From Strigamia acuminata (lineage: Eukaryota): 64,000 bases of DNA. Position 1 is the first letter of the stretch, and each line of letters starts with the position of its first letter. The position numbers and the translations under genes were made by a program. The notes under the pieces were generated by a model. It saw nothing but the letters and a program-made list of their open reading frames with translations, searched no databases and was not told the origin of the DNA. This document shows positions 47,777 to 62,560 of the stretch, in pieces. The stretch spans positions 1,612,001-1,676,000 of the forward strand of contig OX442314.1 in assembly GCA_949358305.1 (NCBI GenBank). The letters are read 5' to 3'.

Positions 47777-50700
47777 TGTAGATAGAACACCTGTAATGAT
47801 TGTTCCTATGAGTAACTCGTGTGTTTCGTCCTTGTGACGTATATAGTTTTTCTTTGTACGCGACCTTGCCGGCATAATTCAATGTCGCACTTGGTCGTAC
47901 GCTTTCGACAATAAAGCACCGCTCTTTCGTTTATTAAACCGATGTCTATTATTTCACCACATTGCCATCAGTGGTAGCAGAGGATGGTTCGGCTTTGCTG
48001 GATTGTTTTAAGCGAAATTATCAACAATTCGTCGCGGAATCGTCGTGCACGCGAATGTACTGCGGGAAACGTTTGTGCAACGTGCGAATATAACGAGGGA
48101 CGACCGGACGTGAATTCAAGTGTGCCTAGGAATTATAAAGGCACCAATTCAGCTAAGTAATTAAATTCTTGGTTATAAATTGTTGATAACACTTTCTTTT
48201 GCTTTTCTGCAAGAGCCGAATATAAAGACCCAATTAGGCCTAGTCGTTGAACTGTGCGGACGTCGCAATATTTTTCGACGGATACGAACGTCGGAGAAAC
48301 GTCGTAAGTTTAAAACGTGCGGCAACGATTTTTTGGAAGCGAAACCACGGGAAAAACGTGCGGAAAAATAAACGACGAACACGTCGCCGGAACGTATTAG
48401 GACACGATACGAACGGTCGAACGAACGTGACGGAATTTTTTCGTAGGAACGTCGCTGTGAAACTCTATTGTGCCTACGGATTAAAGGGCACACAAGTGGA
48501 TAAGTACACGTTTATTTATTGTAAAAACAAAACGATTAATTCGCATTTTTGTATTTATTTGTTGGCAAACATCAATAATGGCCGCCCAGGACAATATATT
48601 AGGAAATATTGGTCACATTGAGAAATTAAATAATAAAAATTATTTTCTCTGGCGCATGCGGGTGCGTGCAATTCTCGAAGTAAAAGAATTATGGGACGAA
48701 GCTATTATTGCTGATGCGCCACCTCAACCTGTGCAAGGGGCACCAAATTATGATGATGCATTGGCTCTATGGACCGCTTGGAACAAGAAGAATTCACAAG
48801 CCTTGGTAGTAATTGTTTTAACTTTGTCTGCAGAACAAGCCATGCGTTACAGCAGAGAACGAAATGCCAAGACGCTTTGGACTCAAATAGAGCAACATAT
48901 GGCCGGCAGAGTAGCTGAACAACAGGTTGCATGCTCATTCGAATTGATGGGACTGAAAATGAGTAAGACAGAGGATATAGACACTTATTTCGACCGGGCT
49001 GAGGGAATTGCAAATAAAAGCGCAGAGCTTGGTAAAGTATTGTCTGATCGGGAGATTACTCTTCACGTGTTAAATGGGGTGAGACCTGCCTTTGAACAAA
49101 GTGTAAATGCATTGGGAGCCATCAAGGATTTGACCCTGGATGAAGTGAGAACACAACTGAAGTATTTGGAGGACAAAATGCGTCGTAAAGTAGGCGACGA
49201 GTCGCATGAAAATTCCGAAAAGGCTTTCAAAGCTAAAAATAAGAAAGGAAACTTCAAATGCTACAATTGCGGTCGTCCGGGACATTTCTCCAAGGATTGC
49301 TGGCGTCCTAAGAAGGAAAAGGACCAGGAGGAGTCAACACAACGCTCTCAGTCCTATATGCGTAACCGAGGACGTGGCAAAAATCAGGCATCTGTGGCAA
49401 CAAAGCGTGATGATGGTGTTAAGTATGAATTCACTTTTCATGTTGACAATAGCAAACCGGAAGAAGAGGAATTCACTTTTTCACTCGATTGGTTACTCGA
49501 TTCTGGCGCTTCAAGCCACATGTCATTCCAAAAAGACAGTTTTAAACAATTAAGCCCGGAAATTCAAAACATTGGACTGGCTGGTAAAGGATTAGAATTA
49601 AAATCTGAAGGAATAGGGACAGTGGAGCTAGAAACTAAGGAATCGAAATTAACGTTGACTGAAGTTTTATATGTCCCCGATTTAAAAACACAACTGCTGT
49701 CAGTGCCGAAGATAGTCGATAGTGGGTTGAACGTATTATTTACTCGGAAGTCGGCACGCATTCTAACAGAAAAGAATCAAATCATCGCAGATATTCAACG
49801 TAGTGGCAACAGCTACATTTTGCGAGACATGAGTATTCGACACCTTGAGACATATCAAGAAGCAAACGTCGTAACGCAACAAATGTGGCACAAGCGACTC
49901 GCCCATGTTAATCTCAACACTTTGAAGGAGATGGAGCAAGAAAATTTGGTCCGAGGTTTGGAAATGCCGAAGAAAAAGTCGGAAGACATTTGTGAGTCAT
50001 GCATTGCGGGGAAGCAAGCAGCCTCGCCACATGAGACAGTCAAAACGCAGCAGTCGCAACAAACGTTGGAATTGTTGCACGTGGATTTGATGGGTCCGAT
50101 TAATCCAAGCACTTATTCAAATGGAGCATACGTGTTGACAATTGTCGACGACTACAGCCGAAAAATTTTCGTGGAAATTCTCACGCGTAAAGGGGAAACG
50201 TCTTCTGTTTTACAGGACTTTATCTTGCAACAAGAAACGCAACAAAACCAGAAAGTGAAAAGGATTCGCAGCGATAACGGTGGTGAGTTTATTGCGAATA
50301 CTTTAAATGTCTTTTTCAAGAAGAAAGGCATCAAGCATGAGCTCACAGTTCCCCATAGCCCTGCTAGTAATGGCGCAGCCGAAAGGGCAAACAGAACAAT
50401 CATGGAAACCACAAGAACTTTGGTTTTGGATGCCAAATTACCAAAACGTTTTTGGGGAGAAGCAATACATGTGGCAGTTCGAACCAGGAACTTGTGTAAG
50501 TCGTCATACCATAACAAGATACCGGAATATGTGTGGTCATCAAGAATCCCTACAGTGAAGTTTTTGAGACGATTCGGATGTAAAGCTTACGTCTTTAAGC
50601 CCAAACCGCAACAAACCAAATTGGGTTCGAAGACCATCATTGGGATTTTTGTCGGCTATTCGCGAAAGAGAAAAGCCTACAGGATCTACGTGCCACACAT

Positions 50701-52993
50701 GCATCGTGTTACAGAGGCACGAAATGTCAAATTTGACGAAAACACACTTGGATATGATTTGTTGCCACATCACAAGAAGTCACGACACAAAGACAACAAC
50801 GAAATTGTACAAATGGACATTACACCGCCCATTATAGACCAGCATGAGGAGAACGTACCAGAAGGGGATTCGTCAAAAGATGAATGGCTTGCACAAGAGT
50901 TACCGGAATCGTCTGAATCATCAACCCGTGACCAGACATCGGACTTTCTCTCGGCTGAATCGGAAAGTGAGTCCACACCAGACGAAGCGCCCGTACCACG
51001 AAAGGTTGGACGCCCTAAGGGAACTACCAAAGACGCCATTGCAGCTAAGAAAAGGAAAAATTCCGAAACTCAGGACAATGGAGCGAGCACTTCTGGAACT
51101 CGTAAATCTAAGCGTCTGCAGAAGAAAGCAAAATGTAATTTTGCACATTTGGCAGAACAAATAGCAATGCAAACACCAAAGTCATACAATGAGGCAATGA
51201 GATCACCACAACATGCAAAATGGAAACAAGCGATGGACGAGGAAATGAAGTCCATGGAGGAGCATGACGTGTAGGACACAGTGGACGTACCCAAAGGTCA
51301 ACCGATAGTTAAATCGAAATGGGTATATCGACTTAAACTTAATAAATCTGGAAAATTGGATCGTTACAAAGCACGTTTAGTGGCGACCGGTTATTCACAG
51401 CGTCCTGGAATTGATTTCGAAGAAACCTATTCCCCAGTAATCAGAATGGAGACGCTCAGAATGTTGATTAGCATCGCAGCTAAAGAGGGTTTGGAATTAG
51501 AACAGGACGATGTGAAAACAGCTTATTTGCATGGAATACTGGACGAAGTCATTTTCATGCAAGAACCGGAGGGATACAAAACGCGCAAGGGCAAGAAAGT
51601 CTGTAAACTCAAGAAGAGTATTTATGGCTTACGCCAGAGTGGCAGATGTTGGTATGAAACATTACACAAAGCGCTGATTAGTGTTGGATTTCAACAATCA
51701 ACTTGTGACCCGTGTCTCTACATTTTGAGGCGTGGAAAAGAATTCCTATACATGGGAATTTATGTCGATGACATTATCAGACTTTGCTCTGATCCAGCAC
51801 TTAAAAAGGAAATTCTATCCCAACTTGCAAAACAAATCGAGTTAATTCACTTAGGAAAGTTAACCTTTATTTTGGGACTCGAAATTGATCAGCAGAGGAA
51901 CCAAATCGTTTTGACACAGCAAGGTTATGTCCAGAAGATTCTAACAAGATTTGGACTTCCTGATTGCAACAGCGTATATACGCCAATGGACGTTAGCCAG
52001 GATTCGGATGAATTTGAATCTAGTCCGAAATTTGATGCTACGAAGTATCAAGAGATGATTGGCTCGATAATGTACCTGGCGACTGGTTCGAGGCCAGACA
52101 TTAGCTACCCAGCAAGCGCTCTCGCGCAGTACAACTGCGATCCCAGAGAGATTCACCATCAAGCGGTAAAGAAGTTATTGCGATACATCAAGGGAACAAG
52201 CACATACGGTCTCACCTTTCGCAAAGAGGAAGGGAATTTACATTCGTATGCCGATGCGTCATGGAACGCAACATCGGATGCGAAATCATATTCGGGGTAT
52301 GTGATAAAAGATGGATCGTCACTCCTAAATTGGCGTAGCAACAAACAACGCTCAGTTGCCATGTCATCAACCGAGAGCGAGCTAGGAGCAATCACGGATG
52401 CATTATCGGAGCTAATTTGGACCAAGGAATTGTTGAAAGAATTAAGTCCAAACAGAGTAATGGGCAAAGAGGTTATCTACAACGATAACTCAGGAGCATT
52501 TCAATTATGGAAGAATCCAACTCAAAAAATGAGGACGAAATTGCTCAACAGAAAATTTTATTTTATTCGAGAAGAATTAAAAACTAATGATATTTTAATT
52601 CAACAGGTTCCAACAGATGAGATGCAGGCAGATCTATTGACAAAGAAACTTTCAGCGCCAAAGATCAAATCATGCCTGATGCAGTTACGGATTCTGGAAG
52701 AACCTGAAGAAGCATAGGAGATTTATTGTTTAATTTATGATGTCCTTTTGAGATTATACATTGTACAGGAACAGACATTACAGGAATTCTGGAGGAGAAT
52801 ATAGATAGAACACCTGTAATGATTGTTCCTATGAGTAACTCGTGTGTTTCGTCCTTGTGACGTATATAGTTTTTCTTTGTACGCGACCTTGCCGGCATAA
52901 TTCAATGTCGCACTTGGTCGTACGCTTTCGACAATAAAGCACCGCTCTTTCGTTTATTAAACCGATGTCTATTATTTCACCACATTGCCATCA
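47777..52993 (+). mobile_element. Full-length Ty1/Copia LTR retrotransposon
   Basis: 194-bp LTRs (47777-47970, 52800-52993) differ only at position 2. PBS TGGTAGCAGAGGATGGTT (tRNA-iMet) at 47972. PPT ggaggagaa. AAAATA flanks both ends. Confidence 0.97.
48578..52717 (+). CDS. Copia gag-pol polyprotein with a single in-frame TAG (51272-51274)
   Basis: CCHC knuckle CYNCGRPGHFSKDC, protease LLDSGAS, integrase HVDL…SDNGGE…AERAN, RT YVDD, RNase H YADA…STESE. ORFs 48578..51274 and 51281..52717 are in the same frame. Confidence 0.95.
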
Positions 52994-53658
52994 GAAAATA
53001 TGGATTCTCCCTGCAAAATATGGATTTTCCCTGCAAAATATGTATTTTCTTTGCAAAATTCCATCTTTTACATTGACAATTCCACATTTTACGTGCAAAA
53101 AAACAAGTTTTTCGTGCAAAAATCCACGTTTTACTAGTACATGCAAAAATCTACGTTTTACATTTAAAAGTTTCATGGAGACCGAGATGCAGGGTTTATT
53201 AATGATGACTTTTTTGCGGATTTGGTTAATACTGTATATGTTTCTGGTGGAGGTTTTTTGTCGGCTCTTTTCGCCATTGCTGTGCAAATGTCGGATGCAG
53301 AGATGGATTGTTGAGAACGATGATGAGGCGTCTGATTTTCTGGTTGCTTGACAAAGATTGACCTAAGAATTGACAAATGACTAGGAAACGTCGTAATTTG
53401 GCAATTTGTTTTATTGAAATTTCTTCTTTTAGCATTTTTAAATGAACAAAATGTGATTGATGTGGTTGCTTGAATAAAGTCACGCTGGACGCAGATATAA
53501 ATGAATGAATGAAGCACAAAGCTTTTTTATTAACGTCCAACAATAATTATGTTTAAAATATTAAAGGTAAATACATTGTACGAGAGTTAATGACATCAGT
53601 TTAATGTCTGATAAATAACAAGTTGTGATTTAGTAATTCTTCTTTCTGGTGTGTTAGA

Positions 53659-53769
53659 TGCCACAATTGAACACTGTTCGCAACCCATGTACTTCAAATA
53701 CGAGTGAATATTAACATTGCAAACAAAATTGTCTGGCCAACGTAAATGAAAAAACAGCAACTCTGCAGG
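53659..53769 (+). pseudogene. Degenerate duplicate of a DEG/ENaC Cys-rich exon
   Basis: Paralogous to 59811-59919 (NPCTSN.SEY..CK..CLA) but contains an in-frame TAA. Confidence 0.6.
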
Positions 53770-54465
53770 TCAGAAATTTATGTATAAATAGTGAATACAT
53801 TCGCAGTGCAAATCTAACAGAAATTTACTTGTCAGTTGATTTTCATTAACTAACAAAACAAGAACCCACCGACAGGAGTACCGGAACATCACACAACTCA
53901 AATATTCCAATCCTAAAATACATAACAAACACATTTTAAACCTTTATCCACATATTAAATGTCACAACTAATTTTTTTCTACTTTAATTGAATACTGTAT
54001 ATTATATAATAAGGTATTAACACTTGAATTTAGTAAAATAATAAAACCCAAACTAAGATAAATTTGTTCAAACTAAAGAAAGCTGTATACTGTGCATGGT
54101 GTACATGGTGTATTTGCAAACGTAAGGACAATTTCAATTGGCAAGTCTTTAGTGTAAATCATTTTTATGTTTTGTTAATTATATATGTATTAATAAGTAT
54201 ATAAAAACTCTCTAACATTTACCACATAAGGGAACAGTAACCAATCCTGATCTCGGTGTCGAGAACTGTAATTGCACTTTTTGGATACAAAATCAATCCA
54301 GCTCACGATTAATATAACGAATAACACATAAAAGTGTAATAGTTCCTGTTAAAAACCATTAGATTGTGTATGCAAGCAATATATTAAAATGTGTAAATAA
54401 ACTGTTAGCAAAACAGCTTAAGTAGAACGACCAATCAATCAAAGACTGTCAGACCTGAGACCATA

Positions 54466-54712
54466 AACAGAATCGTTATCTCTGTGGAAACAGAATCGTT
54501 ATCTCTGTGGAAACAGAATCGTTATCTCTGTGGAAACAGAATCGTTATTTCTGTGGACACAGAATCGTTATCTCTGTGGAAACAGAATCGTTATCTCTGT
54601 GGAAACAGAATCGTTATCTCTGTGGAAACAGAATCGTTATCTCTGTGGAAACAGAATCGTTATCTCTGTGGAAACAGAATCGTTATCTCTGTGGAAACAG
54701 AATCGTTATTTG
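54466..54712. repeat. 23-bp minisatellite (GAAACAGAATCGTTATCTCTGTG)n
   Basis: Directly visible. A second array is at ~63408-63622. Confidence 0.95.
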
Positions 54713-55471
54713 TGGTAATTGCAAAACCGTCAGACTTGAGACCATAAACAGAATCGTTAAACTTTTGTGCTAATTAATTGCAAAACCGAGGTAATTGCAA
54801 AACTATCAGACTTAAGTCCACAAACAGAATCGTTATTTCTGTGGTAACTATGTCTCAGACAAACATTAGACATTAGAACGGATAAGGCATCAGCTGCGAG
54901 AGTTGTTTTTCTATTCACAATACGTGACTAAGTTTGGCGAGCAAAGTCTTTTGGCACGGTAAGTACAAAGACATGTGGGCAACAACAAAAACTTAATACA
55001 AAGTATATTTTTCTTCCAAAAAATGCATTTCTAGGCATAAATATAACCTGTTGAGACAAAACATACAATATAAAGATCAAAACATTTCTTTTTAGATGCA
55101 TGAAATGGTGCTCTGAGCACATCCACATGTCTCTACAATCTCTCTGAATTTATCATTTGTCAAAAGTTACTACAAAAACAATATCCGGGCAGATTCTGAC
55201 AAATTTCAATCTTTCTTCATAGCTCCTAAAATTATTTAGACAACAAGGTGGTCTGCATGTGTTTACGGTGGCGATGTGTTTGACAGTCAGAGGGTGCCAC
55301 TAGCCTCAATGAAATGACAACAGTTGTAAATGAATTGTTGTTATGTAAACTAAGGAGATGCCATATGTCCACTAGTTACTAAGATTGTTTATTTATTCAT
55401 TAACTCAAACTATTCCTAGAAAGCACAAACAACATACCTATTGAATATTGATCTAACCTTTTTCCATCTAG

Positions 55472-58400
55472 ATGCTCAATCAACGCAGATTCAGATTAAA
55501 TCGCCGTATAATAACATCTTCAATCATTGAGGCTATCGACGACGATAGAAATGTAAGCCCAGAGTTTTACGTCCTTCTAGACTGTACACGTTCAAGCATA
55601 TTTCGTATAATCTGGGCATTTCTTGTGGTCATCTGTTTTCTCATTTATTTCTATCAAATGAACGATCGCATCTCGTACTTCTTGACAGAACCAAAGGCCG
55701 TTGACGTACATCGAAAGAAAATGCAACATTATCCATTCCCACCTGTGTCTATTTGCACAGAATTTAATACATACACAATATATTATATGAACAAAACAAA
55801 ATCTCAACAGGACGATCTATTATCTGAAGCTCATATGGAAGTCATAAAAGCACTTGGCTTTGACCTGTCAAAACATTGGAGTTTAGACTACCAAATTGAT
55901 GTAATTGAAAAGCTGACATTTGGAAGAGTTACCTACAAGGTAGGATTTAAATTTTTGTGTCTGCATCTCAATTTTATTTTTGTATATTCTTGATTCTTGT
56001 AGCCGAACACACCTTTGGGGTTTCATAAAAAACACCAAATTACACCTTTTGGCACATGTACGCAAGTAAAGAGTTAAGTATTAGCGATCACAGAGCATTG
56101 ATTAAAACTGATTACCAAACCGCCAAATTAGAATTTTTTTAGGGTTTCCGTGTTTCATTGAGTAACCTGTTACATTTATTACTTAGTTAACAGATCATTA
56201 GAATATTCTGAACTTACAATGACTATGAAATTAGAGTTGCTTACACCTTTTGCACAATATGCGGTACGATATACAATTATTCTAAATATTAGACTCATTT
56301 TTACACAATCTCATTTTAGGTAACATGGGATGCACCATTTGATTTTCAATTTCTCTTAGCTTTAACTAAACAAGTTGAAATATCTGTTGGTTTTACCATC
56401 AAAAAGGTAAAATTAGTGATTAAATAAATTATTAAATAAGGGCTAAGAACCGTTATTGGTCATTACTGTTCATCCTCGTACTCCTCAAATGTAATGGAAT
56501 AAATATTTGACTAAACCCAATAAAATCCTATGTTTTATGCACGTGGGGATATCCGGACATTTGACATTTCTCCGAACTACTTGTAGATGGAGCGTATACT
56601 CGTACTCGTCTGACTGGACATTCTCTGAAATGAACAACTTTCTGGGGCCCATCTTATGACCACACCACACAATATACTGAATTATTTTAATTTTTTTCTA
56701 GTATTTTTTCTTAAGCACGAAAAAAGAGCCGTGTGTGCCGAACGAACAGTTCAGATCGTGTGCCATAAGATGTACTGAACCGAAGTTCGAAAAGGATCCC
56801 TGTTGGTAAGGCATAACCCATATTGCTAATGTCCATTAAGCAGTTGTTTTGATGTAGGCTTATTAATAATATAAAAAATGGCATTTTAAATAGATAAATA
56901 CAATCCTCCATTTGTTGTTTATGAAAAGTGACGTTTGCTGACACCATGTACAGTTCCATCTTTCCCCATTCGTGCATTACTACCGTCGTCACCCGAATAG
57001 TACAGGATGATGTTATATTCGAGTTTGTCATATAACCTCGAATTTGCAAACGTGGTAAAAAATTTGAATATAAAACCATCGTGTTGTATTCGAATTTTGT
57101 GCTAAATTAAAATATTTAAAAATTACAACAACAATTCTGAGTATAAGTCATCCCAGATCATCATATCAAAGTTGGGGTCGAATAAAGTCTCGAAAAAGTT
57201 AAGTTGTTAATTTTGGTTGAAATATAACACCATAGTGTTATATTCGAATACAATGCGACCCTGTTATATTCGGGTGAAGAAGTAGTGCTTTTTATATATT
57301 TAAGTAAAACTATTCTCTACATAGTAAAATGGCACATGGAGTAAAGAAATCAGAATGACAAACACTCATATTATTTAGCTCAAAAATGTAAGAAGCCCAT
57401 CAAGTTGCAAACAACACTTTAATGAAAAATTGCAAGCGAGCAACGTAGAACTACGTCTGGAGTGGGATGATGGAATATTTATTTAGATGAGGTTGTGTCA
57501 CTTGAAAGTGTGATGTTGTGTCTCATTGTTAGTTTGAGTTTACATTTCCGTCCGATTGTTCCGCCTAGTGCGGAATAAACTTAATTCTATGTTAAAAATT
57601 ATTTAAACACTGGTAACCTTTGAATTTAAAAAACAAAACATTTATTGTTATACTCATATACAACTATTAGCATTCCATATTCATTTTTGAAACAATGCAA
57701 CAATCCCTGCAACAATTCCCAAGCTACAGCCGACTTGTTTGTACAACACAAGAAGAGAGTACTAGGACTAACGCCAACTAATGACTGCAACTGCACAAGA
57801 AGCTGCGAAAATGAAGCTTATGATTTCCAAATAAATGAAATAAGTTCAGAAAAAGTTCAATGCAATTTATATTTAACTGATCAATACATTACTGTGTTTC
57901 AAGAAAGATGGCTCTATAACATTATAGGTCTACTGTGTGACTTTGGTGGGAATCTCGGTCTATGGTTGGGTTTTTCCCTACTTTCTCTATTTGATTGCCT
58001 CATTGGTTGTGCAAAAAGAAATATAAGACAGAAAAACAGCAACCGTAACACTGTCATTAACCAATTTGAAAACCACTTCAACAATCAAAAAAAGAAATTC
58101 AAAATTTTTGCTCGAAAAATCGAAATGGAAAAAGCACAGAGCAAAGCCAAATGGATTTATGCAATTTATTTAATGTGCACTTTATTCTCTTGTTATATTC
58201 TACAAAATCGAATAAGCACATACTTATCAGGACCCATTCAGAAAACAGTCAAGGTTGAAGACCCTACAGTCGTCACATTTCCAAACATCATTCTTTGTCC
58301 AGGGCCACATAATGAAGAACTCAATAACAACAAGAAACTCTATTTTGATCAGTATCTCAAGATGAACTCAACTAATTGTGTAGTAGATGCTTACGATATT

Positions 58401-60517
58401 ATACATTTCAATGAAATAGACGTAGAGACGCTTTGGAGTAAGGAATATAAAACTGAAGTGGGAGATCATCAGATATTTCCACCTAAAGTAAGTCATTTAC
58501 TTTCAGAAATAATTAAAGGTCAAGTGCACTGAGTTGGATTTTTTCATTTTCTGAAAGCCCGTAATAAAAAACCAATAATTATTGGAAAAAAAGAACTAAA
58601 TTGCCCTTTAAAATTGAATGGGACCAGAATAAAAAATCTTCCTTAGGAGCCGTCCATAAATTACGTAACTCTCCAAGGGGGAGGGGGGGAGGGGGTTTCA
58701 GATTTTGTTACGGGTCATTAGTAAGAGAGAAGGGGGGTTCTCAATAATGTTACGGTCCATGAAAAATTTTTTTTTAATGTTTTAAAATTGAAAATATACG
58801 CAGTTTTGAGACTGATTTTTGAAAATTTTGGAGGGGGGGGTGATTTAAGTTTTATTATGTAATTAGGGGGGTGGGGTTTGGGAATTTGTTACAGCTTTGT
58901 TATAGAGGGGGGAAAGGGGTCTAAAATGCCGAAAATTGGCGTTACGTAATTTATTGACGGCCCCTTATTCCATATATAATTTGTGTGTACAGCCCAGCTG
59001 CGGTATATCTGCAAAAATAAAACTATGGTATTTAATGTAAAAAATAGAAAACAAATCAGTACAGTTCAGTATGAATCTACAAACATTAAACAGTAAAATC
59101 CTTCAACCTTACTGCCTCGTATTAACACCAGGTCCAAAAATCAATGATTTGCGAAAAATGCTCCAGGCCCAAATAAATACCGGGCTTCAAATAAGCGCTG
59201 GAGATTTGAACCAAAAGAACTTTTAAATTTCCCGGCGTTTATTTGAGGCAGATATATAAGTACATACAAATCATACAGAAAAAACTATACGCCCCTACAA
59301 ATCTAATTGTTTTGCCACTACAAAATTTTCAGAATATTATTTTTGATCTTTGTACCACTAACATGACCGAGTTAAACTACACGGATGGTGTTTGCATGAA
59401 ATATTCATTTGGTAATTACTTTTGAAAAGAATCGTTCAATTCCATTTCAAAATTATTTTTTCAAACTTGTTAGTGCCTCAGAGGTATAGAACAATGTTGC
59501 TAGTTATACTTGGTGTAATGGAAGTGGATAACATTTGCAAACCAGACGTTTCAAATGTAAAGACAATTGCAATTGGCAAGTTTTCAGTATGAATCGCTTT
59601 TATGTTTTGTTTCAGATTTATTTCAGCCCACCTGGAGATCCAAATTTCCCAAATACATTCAAAATAGAAACCCCTTCTACACGTGTTACATTTATTTTAT
59701 TTAAAACAATAAAGGTAAATAAAATATACACAATATTTACAAACTCTTGCTAACTATCAAAATTACATCAGTCTAGTGTCTGATAACATTGTCTCTTTGT
59801 GATGTGTTAGGTGCAACATTTGAATACCCGTCAAAACCCATGTACTTCTAATGCGAGTGAATATTATCTTTGCAAAAAACACTGCTTGGCACATAAAATG
59901 GAAAAACTCCAACTATGCAGGTCAGATATCTATGTAGAAATAAATTGAACTTAAAGCGTTTTAAGAAACAACTCTAAAATGTATTAATGATAAACACCCG
60001 TGGACAAAATCAAACTTCCCTTGCATACTGTAAACGCACCAAAGAAATTTTTTTTTGTCCACGAGTGTACCGATTTTTTTCTATTGATTTTGTTAGTATG
60101 CCGTTTGCCATCAAGAAGAAAACAATTATGTGCAATTCTTCATCAATGGCCAAAGATGTGCGCACATTGTATTACAAAATTCATTTCTCGACTGATGTTG
60201 AAGAAGAATGTGCATGTCGTCGTCTCTGTCAAATATTGACTTACAAACTTACTGCATTCAATGTACCACAAAAAAATGAGTTCCCTTTGTTCTTGGCATC
60301 ATTCAATATGGTTACAAATAATGTTGAGTTCGTAAAAGAAGAATTCCTCTATTCGTTCGGAACTTTGGTCTCTGACATAGGAAATGCATTGAGCCTCACT
60401 CTTGGAATTTCTCTGCTCGTTATAATGCACATCACTTCGAATCAAATATCACCTTTTGTTCAGAAGAAGTATAAAGCTCTGTTTAACCGAAATTTGCCAA
60501 ATAATCCATTTCCTTAA
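55472..60517 (+). CDS. Multi-exon DEG/ENaC (pickpocket-like) channel gene with two tandem subunit units
   Basis: Unit 1: TM1 plus FPPVSICT (55472-55939), then C.C.RSC…LLCDFGGNLGLWLGFS. This continues in frame into a second TM1 plus TFPNIILCP (57645-58487). Final CACRRLC…LVSDIGNALSLTLGIS. Internal exons are only partly resolved. Confidence 0.75.
58646..58964. mobile_element. PIF/Harbinger-like MITE in an ENaC intron
   Basis: TTA|GGAGCCGTCCATAAATTACGTAAC…GTTACGTAATTTATTGACGGCCCC|TTA. Confidence 0.8.
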
Positions 60518-62397
60518 TATTGTCTGAAGCAATTGCATTAACTGGATGACTAATTTAACACACATAATTTGACCTTATAATCTATATTATAATCTATATT
60601 TGCATAGTTGATTATCGCATTGTTTAAATGTTCTCATATTTTATAAATGCAAACAATCTTACATGCATACAGATTATCCATTTTACTGTACCAATTAAAT
60701 CCTTAAATATTGAAATGTAATATTGTTAAATCTTGTGTAAATTATTTTAAATTGAATATTTCTTACTTGACTAATCACTAACCTGTTTGTGTACAATCAA
60801 ATAGCTGAGTAAACAGCGTCGGTATGAATATTAAGAAGGAAATTATGGTTAAAGTCACCAGCTAAAATAGTAGAAAGGTTAGGAGAAAAATGCTCGGTGA
60901 TGAGATCAAAAATATGAGAAGAGAGAGGTCTGGACAGAGGGCAGTAAAGGAGGAGGGGGAGTAACCAAACTGATTACTATGATTTCTGAAGATACCAATT
61001 GGTCTAGAAGCAATAAAGAGGTTCTGCTCGGCGCCTAACACCAAACGTCATCACTTTTTGTGCTGACGTCACGGAGGCGGAGCTTAGTTTGGCGTTGCGC
61101 GGGAAGGCTTTGTTGCTAACGACGGGTAATTCTAGATCCAGACATTGTTGGAGAACGGGTAAAAACAAAGGCAATGGGTGGGCAGAGCTAATTCTTCCGG
61201 TTGCCGTTCCCGTCCTCCGCCTAGCAGAACCTCTCTAATACAGTATCAGCTTAAGTACGAACTTCTAGACAGTAGTTGTTTGTTGATTACTGATTAGTCT
61301 GCGGGTGCGTGGTTGAAAAAGCGGACGAGTGGTTAGAAGATGACAGGAAAAATAACGAAATAGCTGTGTCGTGGCTCGAAACAGTCGAGCTATTTGCAGA
61401 CATCGTAGACAGCAACTGCTGGAGAGTGTAGCAGATAGAGTCCAGTTTGAGGGTCAATGGGGTCGACGACAAAGTGGTGACGGACGTTACAAGCGAAATT
61501 TCAGACAAAGTTGCAGGCAAAGAATCAATTATCAAGCACCCTTGTGACGGGGCCATCTCTCTCACGGCAATCTGGGGATTGATCGCCGTGAGTGGAACCG
61601 GACCTTCACATAATAATGGAGACAGGGACTCCGGATTGTTGGTTTTGGCCTTTAATTCGTTGTCTAGGGGTCGGAGTACCCATCACCCGTGCTGGTGCCA
61701 AAGGGCACACCACACCTACAACCGTCCCGTCACTCACAGGGGGTTTTCCCCATGAGTGACGTGGTCGGTTGGCATAAGACATTCTGCTGTGGTTACTTAC
61801 CTAACAGCCCATGTAGCCGCTCATGGAGGCTGCAACAGGGACATCTCCCCTGTCACCGAGCTTCACAGTGGTAAATAGGAGAAGAGCACAGTTAACTGGG
61901 GCACTAGACTGCCCAGGCTGGCTGAGGGACCTCAAGAGCACACGTCCTCACCCTGTGCTGTCCAAACTCTCTCTCTCTGACTCAGTCTATTCTCCCCCAC
62001 CACTCAGCTCCCTTTTTCCCCAAGGAGCCAATCTACCTTGCACAGAGGGGTGGCCAGGGGCCATAGAGCAGTGTGTGGAGTGATGTGGGTCACTGCAGGT
62101 GGCCACGGTGTCCAGACGGCACACCCTCTATAAAAATAATAGCAAACTTATAAGAACCTAAACGATGGTTTAACTAATTGTACTGAAAATTGTTCCATAA
62201 CACATAATACCTTATACCAAAGCAGGAACATTTTACCCTTATGCCTCCGAAGGATAATCTGAAAACCAACCAGCCCTGATCTTGATGTCGAGCGCTGATG
62301 GTTGCACTTTTAATATTCGAAATCAGACCACCAGTTATGGAGGAGATAGACATCGCAGACAGGAAGCAGACTACTCATGACTAATATATTTATTTTA

Positions 62398-62560
62398 ACA
62401 TAAAACTGTAATATTTCCTGTTAAGAAACATAAAACTGTAATATTTCCTGTTAAAAAATATAAAACTGTAATATTTCCTGTTAAGAAACATAAAACTGTA
62501 ATATTTCATGTTAAGAAACTTAAAACTGTAATATTTCATGTTAAGAAACATAAAATTGTG
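62398..62560. repeat. 30-bp minisatellite, ~5 copies
   Basis: (TAAAACTGTAATATTTCCTGTTAAGAAACA)n. Confidence 0.9.

Noticed and set aside
54484..54773. METESLSLWKQNRY repeat ORFs (also at 63256-63783)
   Set aside because: Translations of a 23-bp minisatellite.
56440..57600. Possible transposon in an ENaC intron
   Set aside because: It looks inserted, but I could not define TIRs, a TSD or coding remnants.
60860..62130. Possible LINE or SINE remnants
   Set aside because: GC-richer patch with short broken ORFs and no diagnostic RT or endonuclease motif.
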